Translations under genes and position numbers: made by a program | Notes under the pieces: generated by a model | Told to the model about the DNA's origin: nothing | Seen by the model: the letters and a program-made list of their open reading frames with translations, nothing else | Database searches by the model: none | Shown: piece after piece, positions 32,049 through 33,022 of the stretch | How the letters are laid out: every line of letters begins with the position of its first letter | How positions within the stretch are numbered: the stretch's first letter is position 1 | From: Vannella sp. | Taxonomy: Eukaryota | Length of the DNA: 33,022 nucleotides | NCBI GenBank assembly: GCA_023345925.1 | Contig: JAJQQN010000586.1 | Span: 1-33,022 of the forward strand | Direction of reading: 5' to 3'

Positions 32049-32825
32049 TCAGTCCTCGGCACAGAACGCGAGAAGCTTTTCGCGCTTCTTTTCTGCTTTT
32101 CGTTGTTTCCAAAACTTGGCGGACTGTTTCCTGGGCTTCTTGCTGATGGTCCGTTGCGACTCTTGATACGCGTTGACATCGAAGAAAAGGGACATTTGGC
32201 GGCCTTCCTTGTCGTCTGGGACACCTTTCATCTCCCAATGCTCTTCGCTGGTGACGGCTTGGAAGCGATTGGTTCTCTTGTTGAACCGCCCTCGGACAAC
32301 GTAGTCACCTGAGCCGGTGATTCCTACTCCCACCTTGGGGACTGGAGAGGCCCCCGAAGGGTCTGTTTGTGGAACCCCAAGAGGGGAGACTGTGGTGATA
32401 GTTTGGGTGATCCAAGCGTACTGTTGTAGGTACCATGATTGATAGAACTGGTTGGCTTGGGCATTGAAGGTGAGGTTCCACTCTGTGTAGGCAGCGGGGA
32501 TCTGTTCGCTGGTCATGGCGCTCAGATCGACGGGGGGAGCTGTTGATGGGGGCGGTAGCTCAGAGAGACACTGTGGCATCTCCCCTAACAGTTGGTGTTG
32601 CTTATAGTAGAGCCGCAACTGCTGTAGAAAGTACTTTGCATAGTATTGGATGTAGTAGTTGTAGAGAGCGCTCCGATACTCTTCCAACGCTCCTTCAGAA
32701 GGAAGCTCCCCCTCACTCACCTCTGGGGGCTTCGGAATAGGGAGCTCCTCAGCAAGCTGGATATCAAACGAATCAACCTCCGAGATCCCCAGAGTGGCCC
32801 CAACCTGACTACCCTCCTCGGCCAT
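32049..32825 (-). CDS. Hypothetical protein with Tyr/Gln-rich repeats and a basic, conserved-looking C-terminal domain
   Basis: 258-aa ORF. The C-terminus GDYVVRGRFNKRTNRFQ...RQMSLFFDVNAYQE...WKQRKAEKKREK suggests a nuclear protein. Confidence 0.7.
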   Translation of the reverse strand: MAEEGSQVGATLGISEVDSFDIQLAEELPIPKPPEVSEGELPSEGALEEYRSALYNYYIQYYAKYFLQQLRLYYKQHQLLGEMPQCLSELPPPSTAPPVDLSAMTSEQIPAAYTEWNLTFNAQANQFYQSWYLQQYAWITQTITTVSPLGVPQTDPSGASPVPKVGVGITGSGDYVVRGRFNKRTNRFQAVTSEEHWEMKGVPDDKEGRQMSLFFDVNAYQESQRTISKKPRKQSAKFWKQRKAEKKREKLLAFCAED

Positions 32826-33022
32826 CAAAATAATAATAATCCAAGTTAAAGTAGACCGGGTAAATAGCGAGCAGAATATCCAGCGTGAAGCCACCCCCAA
32901 CTCCGTTCTAGGGGAAGGTGGACCTCTAAGGCATACTGTAGGACGTTTTGAACATCCTATTAGTCACCCAAACAGTCCCCAGTGCACAGAGACAGTCGCA
33001 GCCCGTCTAAACTCCGAATTGT

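Noticed and set aside
1..33022. CRISPR arrays, transposases, rRNA or tRNA genes, prokaryotic operons
   Set aside because: No repeat-spacer pattern, mobile-element ORF or recognisable rRNA/tRNA was seen. The gene structure is eukaryotic throughout.

Overview
This is a very compact, intron-rich eukaryotic chromosome segment, probably from a unicellular protist. An amoebozoan is plausible from gene content but not proven. It holds about 21-22 protein-coding genes in 33 kb, with mostly 42-70 nt GT-AG introns and intergenic gaps as short as ~35-80 nt. Genes recognised from motifs, in order: EF-hand protein, ZIP/ZupT transporter, nucleotide-sugar transporter, G-protein beta, PTEN, Integrator subunit INTS13/Asunder, RNase Z, MIF tautomerase, CDK9/CDK12-like kinase, TBC Rab-GAP, U1A/U2B'' snRNP protein, ankyrin-RING ligase, an atypical kinase, AT3-SGNH O-acyltransferase, USP48-like deubiquitinase, SR protein, H2A.X-type histone, eIF2-alpha-kinase-like protein and RCC1-like propeller, plus several hypotheticals. 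The most striking feature the genes do not explain is a 184-nt intron in the CDK9-like gene (13122-13305). It is about three times the usual intron length and folds by eye into a multi-helix RNA whose two splice sites pair with each other, making it a candidate splicing-control element or intronic ncRNA. Gene models were assembled by eye, and family calls rest on remembered motifs rather than database searches.
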